A DNA stretch of 64,000 bases from an uncultured Dehalococcoidia bacterium (GCA_958295765.1 CATQHB010000002.1:2032091-2096090), one strand, 5' to 3'. Numbered from the stretch's first letter, positions 39,905 through 49,257 are shown. Program-made: numbers and translations. The notes: generated by a model not told the origin, from the sequence alone.

Positions 39905-40867
39905 CTAGATTTCCTGGGTAAGTTTCCGTATGGAGGCCGGGTCCGACAGGGTAAAAGCCTCCACGTCCCGGTCAATGCGCTTAATCAAGCTGGACAGGAC
40001 CCGGGCCGGGCCAAACTCTACAAAATGAGAGGCCCCGGAGTCCACCATATAGCGAACCGACTGTTTCCACTGAACGCAATGGCACAGGCCGTTGACTAAC
40101 TCACTCCGCACCTGGGCCACCGTGGTTACCGGCTCGGCCAGGGAGTTGGCGATTATCGGCACCTCCGGGTCGCGCAACTCCAGTTCGGTCAGCGCCGCTA
40201 CCAGACCTTCCCGGGCGTGGCCCATCAGGGACGAATGAAAGGCGCCGCTCACCTTCAGCGGGACGGTCTTTTTGGCGCCCCGGGCGGCGGCCAGGTCCAT
40301 CGCGCGGGCGACGGCAATCTTGTCGCCGCTGATTACCACCTGGTCGTCGCTGTTCACGTTAGCCAGTTCCACCCCGGTCTCGGCGCAGATATGCTCAAAG
40401 GCGAACTCGTCCAAGCCGATAATCGCCGCCATCCCGCCGGGCCGGGCTTCGGCGGCCTCGTGCATCAGGCGGCCCCGCTCCCGGACCAGTTTCACCCCGT
40501 CCCGAAAACTGACCACCCCGGCGACTACCAAAGAGGTATATTCTCCCAGGCTATGGCCGGCAACGGATACCGGGCGGGGGTACTGGGAACCCAGGATTTC
40601 CTCCCAGGCCCGCCAACAGGCAATGCTGACCACCATAATAGCCGGCTGGGAGTTCATCGTATCCTGAAGGTCGCGGGACGGCCCCTCAAAGATTACGCGG
40701 GACAGGGAAAAGCCCAAGCTGTCATCGGCCTCTTCAAACACTTCCCGGGCCGCCGCCGACGTATGGAAAAGCTCCAGGCCCATACCTACCGCCTGCGAAC
40801 CCTGGCCGGGGAAAACGTAGGAATAGCCGGTATTATCTTGCGTATTCGTAATCGCCTCCACACTCAA
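39905..40867 (-). CDS. fabD: Malonyl-CoA:ACP transacylase
   Basis: YVFPGQGSQ and GHSLGEY active-site motifs. Confidence 0.92.
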   Translation of the reverse strand: MSVEAITNTQDNTGYSYVFPGQGSQAVGMGLELFHTSAAAREVFEEADDSLGFSLSRVIFEGPSRDLQDTMNSQPAIMVVSIACWRAWEEILGSQYPRPVSVAGHSLGEYTSLVVAGVVSFRDGVKLVRERGRLMHEAAEARPGGMAAIIGLDEFAFEHICAETGVELANVNSDDQVVISGDKIAVARAMDLAAARGAKKTVPLKVSGAFHSSLMGHAREGLVAALTELELRDPEVPIIANSLAEPVTTVAQVRSELVNGLCHCVQWKQSVRYMVDSGASHFVEFGPARVLSSLIKRIDRDVEAFTLSDPASIRKLTQEI

Positions 40868-40971
40868 CCCATCTTTCCATCTTTCTTAGTTGCGGAATTG
40901 CGGACGGATTATTTGCCGGCCGGCAGCATCCGGCGCCGGGATACCAGCATCGGCACCGCCGCAACCGGGAG

Positions 40972-41154
40972 TTACGCCTCTACGCCCACCACTTGCCGCC
41001 CCCGGTAGTAGCCGCACTGGGGACAGGCGGCGTGGGGCAATTTAGCGGTGCGACACCGCTGGCAAAGGGCGGGATGGAGCGGCTTCAATTTGTAGGAAGT
41101 CAACCGCCGCCCTCTTCTGGCTCGGGTTACCTTCTTGTTCGGCACTGCGCCCAT
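40972..41154 (-). CDS. rpmF: 50S ribosomal protein L32
   Basis: 60 aa. AVPNKKVTRARRGRR with a CxxC..CxxC zinc ribbon. Confidence 0.9.
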   Translation of the reverse strand: MGAVPNKKVTRARRGRRLTSYKLKPLHPALCQRCRTAKLPHAACPQCGYYRGRQVVGVEA

Positions 41155-41178
41155 AGTAAAGTTTCCTCTTCAGACCTT

Positions 41179-41703
41179 TCAGGCTTCGGATTCACGCAGC
41201 AAGGCCGCCAGGCCCGCCCAGCGGGGATCCCGCGTGCCTTCGCCGCACGTACAGTTCTCTTTGTTCAGGTCAACCCCACATTCCTGGCATAACCCGGAGC
41301 AGTCAGCCCGGCACAGGGGTTTGATTGGCTGCGCCGCAATGACGTACTGACGCAAAACCTCGGTCAAGTCCAAGACGTGGTTAGCGTCTATAATAGTCCC
41401 TTCGGTATCCGAGGGCAACGGCATCCGCTGCCCGGTGTTGACATCCACCCGGGGAAAGAACTCTTCCTCCAAGTCCAGTTGGGCGGCGTCAACAAATTCG
41501 TTCAAGCACCGGCTACAGGTCAGGGACACCCTGGCCCTGACGTTGCCCCGAACCAGCAAGCCCTGGTGGGTACGCAGGAACTGCATCCGTCCGGCCAGGC
41601 CATCAGGAGAATAACCGCCCCGGCTCTCCGGCTCCTGGTTCAATTCAACGCTGCGGGTAGCGCCGGTAGGCTCCTTCAGCAGTTGCGCCACGTTATATTG
41701 CAT
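41179..41703 (-). CDS. yceD: DUF177 / YceD-family protein
   Basis: 174 aa, C-terminal CxxxCxGLCxxCG pattern, and the conserved position upstream of rpmF. Confidence 0.8.
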   Translation of the reverse strand: MQYNVAQLLKEPTGATRSVELNQEPESRGGYSPDGLAGRMQFLRTHQGLLVRGNVRARVSLTCSRCLNEFVDAAQLDLEEEFFPRVDVNTGQRMPLPSDTEGTIIDANHVLDLTEVLRQYVIAAQPIKPLCRADCSGLCQECGVDLNKENCTCGEGTRDPRWAGLAALLRESEA

Positions 41704-41800
41704 CGCTTTTCAAAGAACGCCGCCGGCCGACCGTCCAGCCTCTCCGTGAAAATAACAGTAAAAGAAAATCAAGAGACGGTCCGCCGCTAAATTGGAAATG

Positions 41801-41831
41801 ATTATACGGGTATTATGTATGCTGCTGTCAA
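41801..41831 (-). promoter_or_regulatory. Candidate promoter of the yceD-rpmF-fabD operon
   Basis: On the minus strand: perfect TTGACA and TATAAT hexamers, but with a long 19-nt spacer. Confidence 0.35.
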
Positions 41832-41981
41832 GGGCAAGGGCCGGCAAGAAAACCGGATTTTGCCCTGGCAAGGCCGGTCCGGGCAAGAATTGGTATCTAT
41901 TGAGCCGCCCCGGAGCAGTTTCACCACCCTTACGGCCCGGCGCCCTTATGCCTCATTTACCCCCTGCCGGAACCGGCACCG

Positions 41982-42407
41982 CTAGAATGCGGCCGGCCCG
42001 CGCACGCCGTTGCGGATGTAGTCAACAATCTGCTGGGTAGAGGCGCCGGGGCCAAATACCGCATTTACCCCCATTTCGGCCAGCGGCTGCCGGTCTTCCT
42101 CCGGGACAATGCCGCCCAGCACCACCAGCACGTCATCCATTCCCTGCTCCCGCAGCAGGCGCATAATTTCCGGGAGCAACTCCATGTGCGCCCCGGAGAG
42201 GATGCTCAGGCCCAGCACTTCCACGTCCTCCTGAGCGGCGGCCTGGACAATCATCTGCGGCGTCTGGCGAATTCCGGTGTAGATTACCTCCATACCGGCG
42301 TCGCGCAGGGCGCGGGCGATGACCTTGGCCCCCCGGTCGTGGCCGTCCAGACCCGGCTTGGCTACCAGCACCCGTACCGGTCGGCTGTCTTGAACCATTG
42401 AAACCAT
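41982..42407 (-). CDS. Cobalamin (B12)-binding subunit of a methylmalonyl-CoA mutase-family enzyme
   Basis: [34 protein letters not shown] contains the DxHxxG B12-binding motif. 141 aa. Confidence 0.88.
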   Translation of the reverse strand: MVSMVQDSRPVRVLVAKPGLDGHDRGAKVIARALRDAGMEVIYTGIRQTPQMIVQAAAQEDVEVLGLSILSGAHMELLPEIMRLLREQGMDDVLVVLGGIVPEEDRQPLAEMGVNAVFGPGASTQQIVDYIRNGVRGPAAF

Positions 42408-42495
42408 TGCTAACTATCCCCGGTTGGTTATTTCAGCGGGGCTGGCCGCTAACGGCGTCCCCGACCGCAACCATTTTAACTTATCCCGGCCCGCC

Positions 42496-42524
42496 TTGAC
42501 ACCCAATTGCGGGCTACGTAAGAT
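42496..42524 (+). promoter_or_regulatory. Sigma70-type promoter for tRNA-Arg
   Basis: TTGACA (42496-42501), 17 nt, TAAGAT (42519-42524). About 55 nt upstream of the tRNA. Confidence 0.5.
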
Positions 42525-42578
42525 TAGATTAGTCCCCGGCGCGCCGGGGGGAAACCCCGGCAACCCCGGTTAAATCAA

Positions 42579-42654
42579 GTCCCAGTAGCTCAGGGGACAG
42601 AGCGGCTGCCTTCTAAGCAGCGGGTCGCGGGTTCGAATCCTGCCTGGGACGCCA
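42579..42654 (+). tRNA. tRNA-Arg (anticodon TCT), CCA encoded
   Basis: Hand-folded cloverleaf. Acceptor GTCCCAG/CTGGGAC, D arm GCTC-AGGGGACA-GAGC, anticodon arm GCTGC-CTTCTAA-GCAGC, T arm GCGGG-TTCGAAT-CCTGC, discriminator G plus CCA. Confidence 0.9.
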
Positions 42655-42689
42655 CTTTTCCTACCGAACTTAATGCTGTAGAGCAAAGC

Positions 42690-43049
42690 TCATTGGGGTG
42701 GCGATGCTATAGCCAGCAACCGTTCGGTCAGGACAGCCGCTGAATCTCTACGTTCTGTTACTTCTTGAGTACTCAAGGCGCCATGGTCCGAATCAATATG
42801 CAAGCGCCTGGCATCAGCAAGTAATTCCAGCAGATTGTCATGACCCTCAGATTCCAGCCGTTTTACAACATTCTTCTTCTGCCGGTAATTCTCATACAGC
42901 CAGCCCCGTTGCAAGCCGATAGCATTGATAGCGTGTTTTACCGAACACCAGGTTATTTCCGCTCCCTGCAAGGGCCGGCCTTCCTCGAAAAGACGTTCAG
43001 CGGTCTGCGCGGAATCCCTGGATTCGGCAATGTGTTCCTCGGGCGTCAA
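42690..43049 (-). CDS. Small helical protein, PaREP1/HEPN-like (tentative)
   Basis: 119 aa, TTG start, lower GC. The pattern GAEITWCSVKHAINAIGLQRGW...ARRLHIDSDHG resembles the archaeal PaREP1-type family recalled from memory. Paralogous to the next ORF. Confidence 0.4.
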   Translation of the reverse strand: MTPEEHIAESRDSAQTAERLFEEGRPLQGAEITWCSVKHAINAIGLQRGWLYENYRQKKNVVKRLESEGHDNLLELLADARRLHIDSDHGALSTQEVTERRDSAAVLTERLLAIASPPQ

Positions 43050-43074
43050 TAGAACCCTACCTACCTCCGACCAA

Positions 43075-43410
43075 CTACAGGACTTCCAACTCTTTGATGA
43101 ATCTCTCCGCTATCGGCTGAGTGGACTTTACCTCGGCCATATCCATAAAATCGTACTTGATGTTATCCTGAAACAAGCGGCAAGCCCCTAATCCCGCGCG
43201 AAAACGCCGGTACGGGTTGGGGTTTTCCTCGTCCAGAAGGCGCGCTGCCTGGTCGAGGTCATCCTGGGTTTCGTGGGGCCAGCCCCGGCGAATGGCGAGG
43301 GCCACCATAGCCTGCTCGACCTCCTCCCAAATTCGGCGCGACCTTTCCAGCCGGGTGACCCGTTTCCGTTTCTTGACCGGCGCAGTGCCATCGTTATCAG
43401 ACATAGCCAT
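43075..43410 (-). CDS. Small helical protein, paralog of 42690-43049 (PaREP1/HEPN-like, tentative)
   Basis: Start set at MAMSDNDG, preceded by GAGGAGGAAAGGGT. It shares the AxxAxAxxRGW...(A/C)RL(H/F)xD core with its neighbour. Confidence 0.4.
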   Translation of the reverse strand: MAMSDNDGTAPVKKRKRVTRLERSRRIWEEVEQAMVALAIRRGWPHETQDDLDQAARLLDEENPNPYRRFRAGLGACRLFQDNIKYDFMDMAEVKSTQPIAERFIKELEVL

Positions 43411-43569
43411 ACCCTTTCCTCCTCTTGGCTTGCCCTGAATTATAGCATAAACCCCGCCCCCGTCGGCAAAAGAAAAGGGCCTCCGGGTAACCCCGAAAGC
43501 CCTCATTGGTATCGGTATTGGTATCGCCGCTATCGCCGTAAGCCGGCATCAGCCGGCCGAGCCGGCTAA

Positions 43570-44502
43570 CTAACTACCCTCGGCGTACTTGCCGGTTAGC
43601 TGGGGCGTGGTTCCTTCCAAGCCCTGGTCCATCCGGTCCAGGCGGGTTTCCCTGGCCCAGGTGCGCTTCAGGTCGTCCCGGAAGTTGAGGTGAAGGTTGC
43701 CCAGGCCCTCCACTTCCAGGTCAATCACGTCGCCGTCCATCAGGGAGCTGAGGCCCCGGTGATTGGTGCCGGTGGCTACGATGTCGCCCGGCTCCAGGGG
43801 GTGGATGGAGGTAACCCACTCCATAATCCGGGGAATCTGGTGGGCCATGTCGCTGGTGTTGTAGTTCTGCTTCACCTCGCCGTTGACCGACAGCCTTACC
43901 TGGCGGTTCAGGGGGTCGGTGAACTCGTCGGCGGTAACCACCCAGGGGCCGGTGGGCGCAAAGGTGGCCCGGGACTTCATCTGGTAGAAGGTGTTGCCCG
44001 GCGGCAGCACGCCCCGCGCCGACCCGTCAATGAAGTTCAGGTAGCCAAAGATATAGTCATAGGCGTCCTCCGGCTTCACGTTCTCGGCCCGCTTGCCGAT
44101 GACGAAGGCCATTTCCGCCTCGAACTCAAAGATGGTGGCCGGGATGTCCGGCAGATTTACCGTGTCGTCGGGGCCGATGATGCAGTGGGGGGACTTGAGG
44201 AAGGCGTTAATCGGGGCCGGTTCGTCCCGGGTGCCGTCCTCCATATAGTTGACCGCCATGCAGACGATGGTGTAGGGCTTGGGCAGGGGCGGGCGCAGTT
44301 GCACCGAGCTGAGGTCCACGCCGCTCTCCGCGTTGACCACCGCCTCGATGTTGCCCTGGTGGTCGCTCCAACCCTCAATCACCCGGTTAATCAGGTCCTG
44401 GGGCGACGTATGGGGGACGCTGCTCACGGCGGCGGAAACGTCCACCACCGCATCGCCCTTGACTACGCCCAACTTGAAATCGTCAAAGAAAACCAGCTTC
44501 AT
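43570..44502 (-). CDS. Fumarylacetoacetate hydrolase (FAH)-family protein
   Basis: 310 aa. IVCMAVNY..., FEFEAEMAFVIGK and GDIVATGT patterns of the FAH/HpcE family. Confidence 0.85.
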   Translation of the reverse strand: MKLVFFDDFKLGVVKGDAVVDVSAAVSSVPHTSPQDLINRVIEGWSDHQGNIEAVVNAESGVDLSSVQLRPPLPKPYTIVCMAVNYMEDGTRDEPAPINAFLKSPHCIIGPDDTVNLPDIPATIFEFEAEMAFVIGKRAENVKPEDAYDYIFGYLNFIDGSARGVLPPGNTFYQMKSRATFAPTGPWVVTADEFTDPLNRQVRLSVNGEVKQNYNTSDMAHQIPRIMEWVTSIHPLEPGDIVATGTNHRGLSSLMDGDVIDLEVEGLGNLHLNFRDDLKRTWARETRLDRMDQGLEGTTPQLTGKYAEGS

Positions 44503-44608
44503 ATCTACCTCTCTTGAATCAGGTCTTGAAACGGATTGCCGCCGGGCTGCGCCGGCCGGCGCTACGCCGGTTCGGGGCCGGCGCCGGGGTTCAGGTTAGA
44601 CCAGCGCG

Positions 44609-44998
44609 CTAGACCAGCACGCCAAACCCGGACACGGTGCAAAGCTCAATGCGGTTGCCGTCCAGGTCATTGATGTAGAACGCCTGCTGCCCGTCGTTGC
44701 GGGTCTGGATTTCCGTGGCCTCAATGCCCCGGCCGGTCAGATGCTCCCGGGCCGCCGCCAGGTCGTCCACCTCAAAGGCGGTGTGGTGCGACGGGGCGGA
44801 GGGCGCCTCCGGGTTCTCGATTATGTGAACCATGGCGCCGCTGGGCAGTTGCAGCCAATAGAGATGGTCGCTGTTGACCATCTTGGGAATCTGCTTCAGC
44901 CCCAGGATGTCCTCATACCACTTGAGGGCGGCGTCCTTGTCCTTCACGTTGTAAGTTATGTGGTTGATGTTCTTGAGCCTGATGTGGTCAGCAAGCAT
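44609..44998 (-). CDS. VOC-family protein (glyoxalase/bleomycin-resistance/dioxygenase fold)
   Basis: 129 aa. INHITYNVKD, HHTAFEVDD and LDGNRIEL metal-ligand pattern. Confidence 0.8.
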   Translation of the reverse strand: MLADHIRLKNINHITYNVKDKDAALKWYEDILGLKQIPKMVNSDHLYWLQLPSGAMVHIIENPEAPSAPSHHTAFEVDDLAAAREHLTGRGIEATEIQTRNDGQQAFYINDLDGNRIELCTVSGFGVLV

Positions 44999-45118
44999 CG
45001 CTGCCTCCTTTTCCGGTTTTGTTCCGCTTTTGACTGGCTGGCCCTATGATACCAGATGATACCAGCATTTGCCGGGTTCACCAAATAATTGGCCGGATTC
45101 CGGGATAATCGCGCTTAA

Positions 45119-45238
45119 CCCGCCATTCCGGCAAAGGCCGGCATCCGGAACGCTCGGTAGCCGGCCCGCTCTTTTCCGGGGGATTTCCTGGATTCCGACT
45201 TTCGCCGGAACGACGGTGGCTTGCGCCGGAACGACGGT
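45119..45238. repeat. Family C repeat (degenerate inverted pair with duplicated tail)
   Basis: CCTGGATTCCGACTTTCGCCGGAACGACGGTGGCTTGCGCCGGAACGACGGTGG. Confidence 0.8.
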
Positions 45239-45260
45239 GGCTTGGGTTGCCATAGTGGGC

Positions 45261-46256
45261 CTAGATACCCAGCACCCGCTCCAGGTTTTTCCACAGGATG
45301 GCTTCCTTTTCCTCCTGGGTCAGGCTTTGCAGGCCGTTGACCCACTCCACCGGGGAGTCAATGCCCATGTCATAGGGCCAGTCGCTGCCCAGAAAGATGC
45401 GGTCGATGCCGGCCGAGTCAATCATATAGCGCAGCACCGCCTCGCTGTGGGTGAGGCAGTCATAGTAAACCTTGTTGAGGTAGCTGGTGGGCGGCTGCAC
45501 TCCGTTGGCGCGGGCCTCGGAACGCACCTGCCAGCCCCGATCCATCCGGCCGGCGCCGAAACAGGCAAACCCGCCGCCATGGGCCAAGCAGACCTTCAAG
45601 TCCGGGAACCGGTCCAGCACCCCGCCAAAGACCAGGGTGGCAAAGGTAACCGCCCGGTCGGCCAGGTTGCCGATGGAGTTGTCGATACCGTAGCCCTTGG
45701 TGTCCCGGGGCGCGACAATGGTATCGTCCCCTTCCTGGTGAAAGAAAATCAGCGCGCCCAACTGCTCTACCGACTGCCAGAAGGGGGTAAAGTCCGGGTG
45801 ATCCAGGGTCTTGTTGTTCACGTGGTCGCTGATTTGCGCCCCCTTGAGGCCCAGTTGATTCACCGCCCGGTCCAGCTCGGCGATAGCGGCGTTCACGTCC
45901 TGCATCGGCAGGGTAGCCATACCGGAAAACCGGGCCGGATTGCTCCGGGCCAACTCGGCCACGTAGTCATTGCAGTCCCGGGCGATGGCGGCCCCCACTT
46001 CGGCCGGCAGGTCATAGTTATACAGGCCGACCCAGGTGGTCAGGACGTGAACGTCCACCCCCAGGGAGTCCATCTCGGCGATGCGCTGCTCCGGGGTCAG
46101 CGTATATTTGGGGTGCAGCCACTGGCGTTTGCCCTCCTGCACCAGAAACTGGCGCCCGTTGGCCTCCTGGCGGGTAAAGCCGTGCCACTGCTGGCCTTCC
46201 GGCAAATTAGCCGCCACCGCCGGGGCAATGTGGGCGTGGATGTCGATACTGCGCAT
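45261..46256 (-). CDS. Amidohydrolase-2 family (ACMSD/LigW-type decarboxylase or hydratase), paralog 1
   Basis: Start set at MRSIDIHAH (ATG with AGGAG upstream). The track ORF's 94-aa N-terminal extension is repeat-encoded. Has the HxH, HGGG and SDWP metal-ligand pattern. Confidence 0.85.
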   Translation of the reverse strand: MRSIDIHAHIAPAVAANLPEGQQWHGFTRQEANGRQFLVQEGKRQWLHPKYTLTPEQRIAEMDSLGVDVHVLTTWVGLYNYDLPAEVGAAIARDCNDYVAELARSNPARFSGMATLPMQDVNAAIAELDRAVNQLGLKGAQISDHVNNKTLDHPDFTPFWQSVEQLGALIFFHQEGDDTIVAPRDTKGYGIDNSIGNLADRAVTFATLVFGGVLDRFPDLKVCLAHGGGFACFGAGRMDRGWQVRSEARANGVQPPTSYLNKVYYDCLTHSEAVLRYMIDSAGIDRIFLGSDWPYDMGIDSPVEWVNGLQSLTQEEKEAILWKNLERVLGI

Positions 46257-46580
46257 ATTCAAGCTCCTGATTTTGGTTAAGCCGGGTGGTGGTTCGACAA
46301 GCTCACCATGAGCGGGTTGAGTATTCAAGCTCCTGATTCTGGTTAAGCCGGGTGGTGGTTCGACAAGCTCACCATGAGCGGACTGCGTAACCGCAAGCGG
46401 ACGGAGTAACTGCTGCGGACTAGGTAACTGCGAGCGGATTGGGCAACTGCCGGGGGAACACTCCAACCGGCAAGTCCCACCCCCGCCGCTCACCATGAGC
46501 GGATTGAGCAACTGCCGGGGGAACGCTCCAACCGCCAAGCCCCCCCGCCGCTCACCCTGAGCTTGTCGAAGGGTCTCAAA
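46257..46580. repeat. Local tandem duplications containing family A arms
   Basis: A ~66-bp unit ATTCAAGCTCCTGATT.TGGTTAAGCCGGGTGGTGGTTCGACAAGCTCACCATGAGCGG occurs at 46257 and 46323. A second ~65-bp unit (GAGCGGATTG.GCAACTGCCGGGGGAAC.CTCCAACCG) is duplicated near 46430 and 46497. Confidence 0.85.
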
Positions 46581-46586
46581 GGATCC

Positions 46587-47549
46587 TTAAATACCCAGCA
46601 AATTCTCCAGGTTCTTGCCCAGGATTGCCTCTTTCTCCGTTTGCGTCAGGCTTTCCAGGCCCAGCACCCAGGCTACCGGCCAGTCGGTGCACATATCAAA
46701 GGGCCAGTCGGTACCGAACAGCACCTTGTCGATGCCCACCGAGTCAATGAGCATCCGCAGGGCCGGCTCGCTGTGGGTCAGGCAGTCATAGTAGAACCGG
46801 TTAAGGTAAGTGCTGGGCGGCTGGGCGATGTTGGCCCGCGCCTCGGAGCGCACCTGCCAGCCCCGATCCATCCGGCCGGCGCCAAAGCAGGTATAGCCGC
46901 CGCCGTGGCACAGGCAAATCCGCAGGTCGGGGTACTTGTCCATCACCCCGCCGAACACAAAGGAGGCGAAGGTGATGGCCCGGTCGGCCAGGTTACCGAT
47001 GCTGTTGGGCAGGTGGTAGCGGTTCAGCCGGGCCGAAACTACGGTTTCCAGCGCCTGGTGAATCAGGATGACCGCCCCGGTCTGCTCGGCCACCTCCCAC
47101 AGGGGATAGAACTCCGGGTCGTCGTAAGTCTTGCCGTTCACCTGGTCATCAATCATCGCCCCTTTCAGGCCCAATTGAGTCATCGCCCGCTCCAGTTCGG
47201 CGGCGGCGGCGCCCACGTCCTGCATCGGCAGATTAGCCAGCCCCGCAAAGCGGGCCGGGTGGTCTTGCGTAAGCTGGGCCACGTAGTCGTTGCACTCCCG
47301 GTCCATCGCGGCGACGGTGGCGGCGTCCCGGTCATAGCAGTAGAAAACGGCGTTGGTGGAAAGGACGTGCACGTCCACGCCCAGCGAGTCCATATCGGTC
47401 AACCGCTGCTCCGGCGTCCACATCGTCCGGGGGACGCTCAAGTGAAAGTCATTGGCAAAGGCGGTAATGCCGTACCAGTCCTCCCCGGCCTCCAGGGCGC
47501 GAATATAACCCTCCGGGCTGATGTGGGCGTGAATGTCGATAGATTTCAT
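46587..47549 (-). CDS. Amidohydrolase-2 family, paralog 2
   Basis: MKSIDIHAHISPEG... 320 aa. The C-terminal half is nearly identical to the other paralogs. Confidence 0.88.
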   Translation of the reverse strand: MKSIDIHAHISPEGYIRALEAGEDWYGITAFANDFHLSVPRTMWTPEQRLTDMDSLGVDVHVLSTNAVFYCYDRDAATVAAMDRECNDYVAQLTQDHPARFAGLANLPMQDVGAAAAELERAMTQLGLKGAMIDDQVNGKTYDDPEFYPLWEVAEQTGAVILIHQALETVVSARLNRYHLPNSIGNLADRAITFASFVFGGVMDKYPDLRICLCHGGGYTCFGAGRMDRGWQVRSEARANIAQPPSTYLNRFYYDCLTHSEPALRMLIDSVGIDKVLFGTDWPFDMCTDWPVAWVLGLESLTQTEKEAILGKNLENLLGI

Positions 47550-47604
47550 TGGGTTGCTGCTCCTTGCTTTCTAGGTTTCGGCGGTGGGGTGGAAAGGGAG
47601 TCAT

Positions 47605-47808
47605 TTACGGGTTGCATAGTCCACACAGGTGGACATTCAACCCCGCCTCCTCAGCCGCTTCGATTGCCTCTTGCTTGGTATCAATAGGCCCAAGCCAATC
47701 GCCGTCCTGGGCCTGCTTATCTTGGGGTTGGCACCTTGGGTCGCTACTGATGAAAGTATGGATTGTTGCCCGCTTGGTTGGCTTATCCACGTTGACGCAG
47801 AAACTCAT
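47605..47808 (-). CDS. Small 4-Cys hypothetical protein
   Basis: 67 aa. Strong AAGGAGG 7 nt before the ATG. Cys at positions 4, 26, 62 and 65 (C-terminal CGLC). Lower GC. 36 nt downstream of the MTase-HNH gene. Confidence 0.55.
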   Translation of the reverse strand: MSFCVNVDKPTKRATIHTFISSDPRCQPQDKQAQDGDWLGPIDTKQEAIEAAEEAGLNVHLCGLCNP

Positions 47809-47844
47809 TTGACAACCTCCTTGTAACTGTAATGGGTGTATGCC

Positions 47845-49257
47845 CTACCGCCTGCGCCGGCGGCTACTCCGGCCGGCCGCCCGGCCCATACGCAGGTTGC
47901 TTTCGTTCCGCATATACCCGCTGGCTCGGTTATGGTCCTGCAAGCCAATCAGGGTGAATCGGTCCCGCTTTTCCTTGTTGCAGGGCGGGCATAGCAGGGT
48001 AAGGTTATCGTAGGCATCCGTTCCGCCTTGAGAGCGGGGATTGATATGGTCAACTTCCAGAACGCGGGTATCAAAGTTGTAATCCGCCCCGCAGCCCTGG
48101 CAGAAGGGGCCAATGTCCACCAGCAACCGGCCGTGCTGGGTACGTGGCGCCGGGTAGCGCTGGCCGCCCCTACCCGTTGGCGTGCGTAAAACCAATGTCG
48201 CCGTTTCTCCGCTGTCGGTACGCTGGGGCGGCGTGGTGGAGTAGCTAATATCGCCAAAGGTCAACGCTTGCTGCCCCCCGCGCTTGGGGCGACTCTCGAC
48301 GGCCAACCCCTCAGTTTCCAGGCGGTCAAGAACGATTTGGTACGCCTGATCCCAAATGTCCATTCCCACCCATTGACGCCCCAACCGCTCGGCGGCGATG
48401 GGCGTGGTGGCGCAACCACAAAAGGGGTCAAGGACTAAATCACCAGGGTTGCTACTGGCTTGGATGATGCGCTCATAAAGGGCCAATGGCTTCTGCGTGG
48501 GGAATCTGGTATTTTCTCGTTGGTTCGTTAAGGCAGCAATGCCTACCCACCAATCCTCTGGAACCTTGCCTTCCCCAAACCGTTCCTCAACCTCATCATC
48601 GTTGCGTCGCCCGGTATTTTCAACGGATGGGGCTATGATGCTCCTTTGGCCTTCAGCCCTACCTCTCCTTGCAAGCGTCTCATCATTGTAGGGAATTCGT
48701 ACAGCATCTCTACTGAATTGGGTTTGGTCAGATTTGGCGTAGAACAGAATGGTATCGTGCTTTCGGGGGAACCAACGCCGCGTGTTACTTGGTCCGGTAT
48801 AGGCCCAAACGATTTCGTTTCTGAAGTTACGCCGGCCAAAGATAGCGTCCAGCAGGCACTTGGCCCAAGCGTGGGCCGTATGGTCAATGTGCAGGTAAAG
48901 GCTCCCGTCATCCCGCAATATCCGGTGCATTTCCAGCAGACGGACGCCCAGCCAGCACAGGAACGCCCCCATATCATCGCCCCATACTTCCTTTGCCGTA
49001 GTAATGACACGATAGACTTCCGGCTCATCCCGCATTAAGGAAATAAGCCAATCATCGTGAATGTCATCCTGCCAACTCCAGCGGTCCTGGAAGGATGCGC
49101 CACTGGCAAGACTGTCGGGGGTAGCGTGGAAATCCCGGGACTTGTTAAACGGCGGGTCGGTGGCGATAAGGTTGACCGTCCCGGAGTTCATACCCCGCAG
49201 AAAGTCCAGGTTATCCCCGTGATACAGCGTCCGGTTGGCAAAATTGCGTTCCGCCAT
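47845..49257 (-). CDS. Beta-class N6/N4 DNA methyltransferase fused to a C-terminal HNH nuclease domain
   Basis: Motif IV IATDPPF lies N-terminal to motif I LVLDPFCGCATTPIAA (beta permutation). The C-terminus reads CQGCG...EVDHINPRSQGGTDAYDNLTLLCPPCNKEK (HNH with CxxC pairs). Start set at MAERNF (M18 of the track ORF). Confidence 0.8.
   Translation of the reverse strand: MAERNFANRTLYHGDNLDFLRGMNSGTVNLIATDPPFNKSRDFHATPDSLASGASFQDRWSWQDDIHDDWLISLMRDEPEVYRVITTAKEVWGDDMGAFLCWLGVRLLEMHRILRDDGSLYLHIDHTAHAWAKCLLDAIFGRRNFRNEIVWAYTGPSNTRRWFPRKHDTILFYAKSDQTQFSRDAVRIPYNDETLARRGRAEGQRSIIAPSVENTGRRNDDEVEERFGEGKVPEDWWVGIAALTNQRENTRFPTQKPLALYERIIQASSNPGDLVLDPFCGCATTPIAAERLGRQWVGMDIWDQAYQIVLDRLETEGLAVESRPKRGGQQALTFGDISYSTTPPQRTDSGETATLVLRTPTGRGGQRYPAPRTQHGRLLVDIGPFCQGCGADYNFDTRVLEVDHINPRSQGGTDAYDNLTLLCPPCNKEKRDRFTLIGLQDHNRASGYMRNESNLRMGRAAGRSSRRRRR

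Noticed and set aside
42408-42495. Cobalamin riboswitch upstream of the B12-binding subunit, or upstream of the mutase at 26440-26567
   Set aside because: No B12-box-like element is seen. The region at 26.1-26.5 kb is composed of repeats, and the 42.4-kb spacer is short and holds the tRNA promoter on the other strand. An Rfam RF00174 scan would settle it.
42655-43569. Integrated prophage or genomic island at tRNA-Arg
   Set aside because: No integrase, no phage genes and no direct repeat of the tRNA 3' end are detectable downstream. Only a ~0.9-kb two-gene islet is compositionally distinct.
46257-46538. N-terminal extensions of the amidohydrolase ORFs in the track (425 aa for 45261-46538; 382 aa for 51200-52348)
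   Set aside because: The extensions run through repeat arrays. The paralogs all begin at (M/L)(R/K)SIDIHAH with an SD just upstream, so the shorter starts were used.
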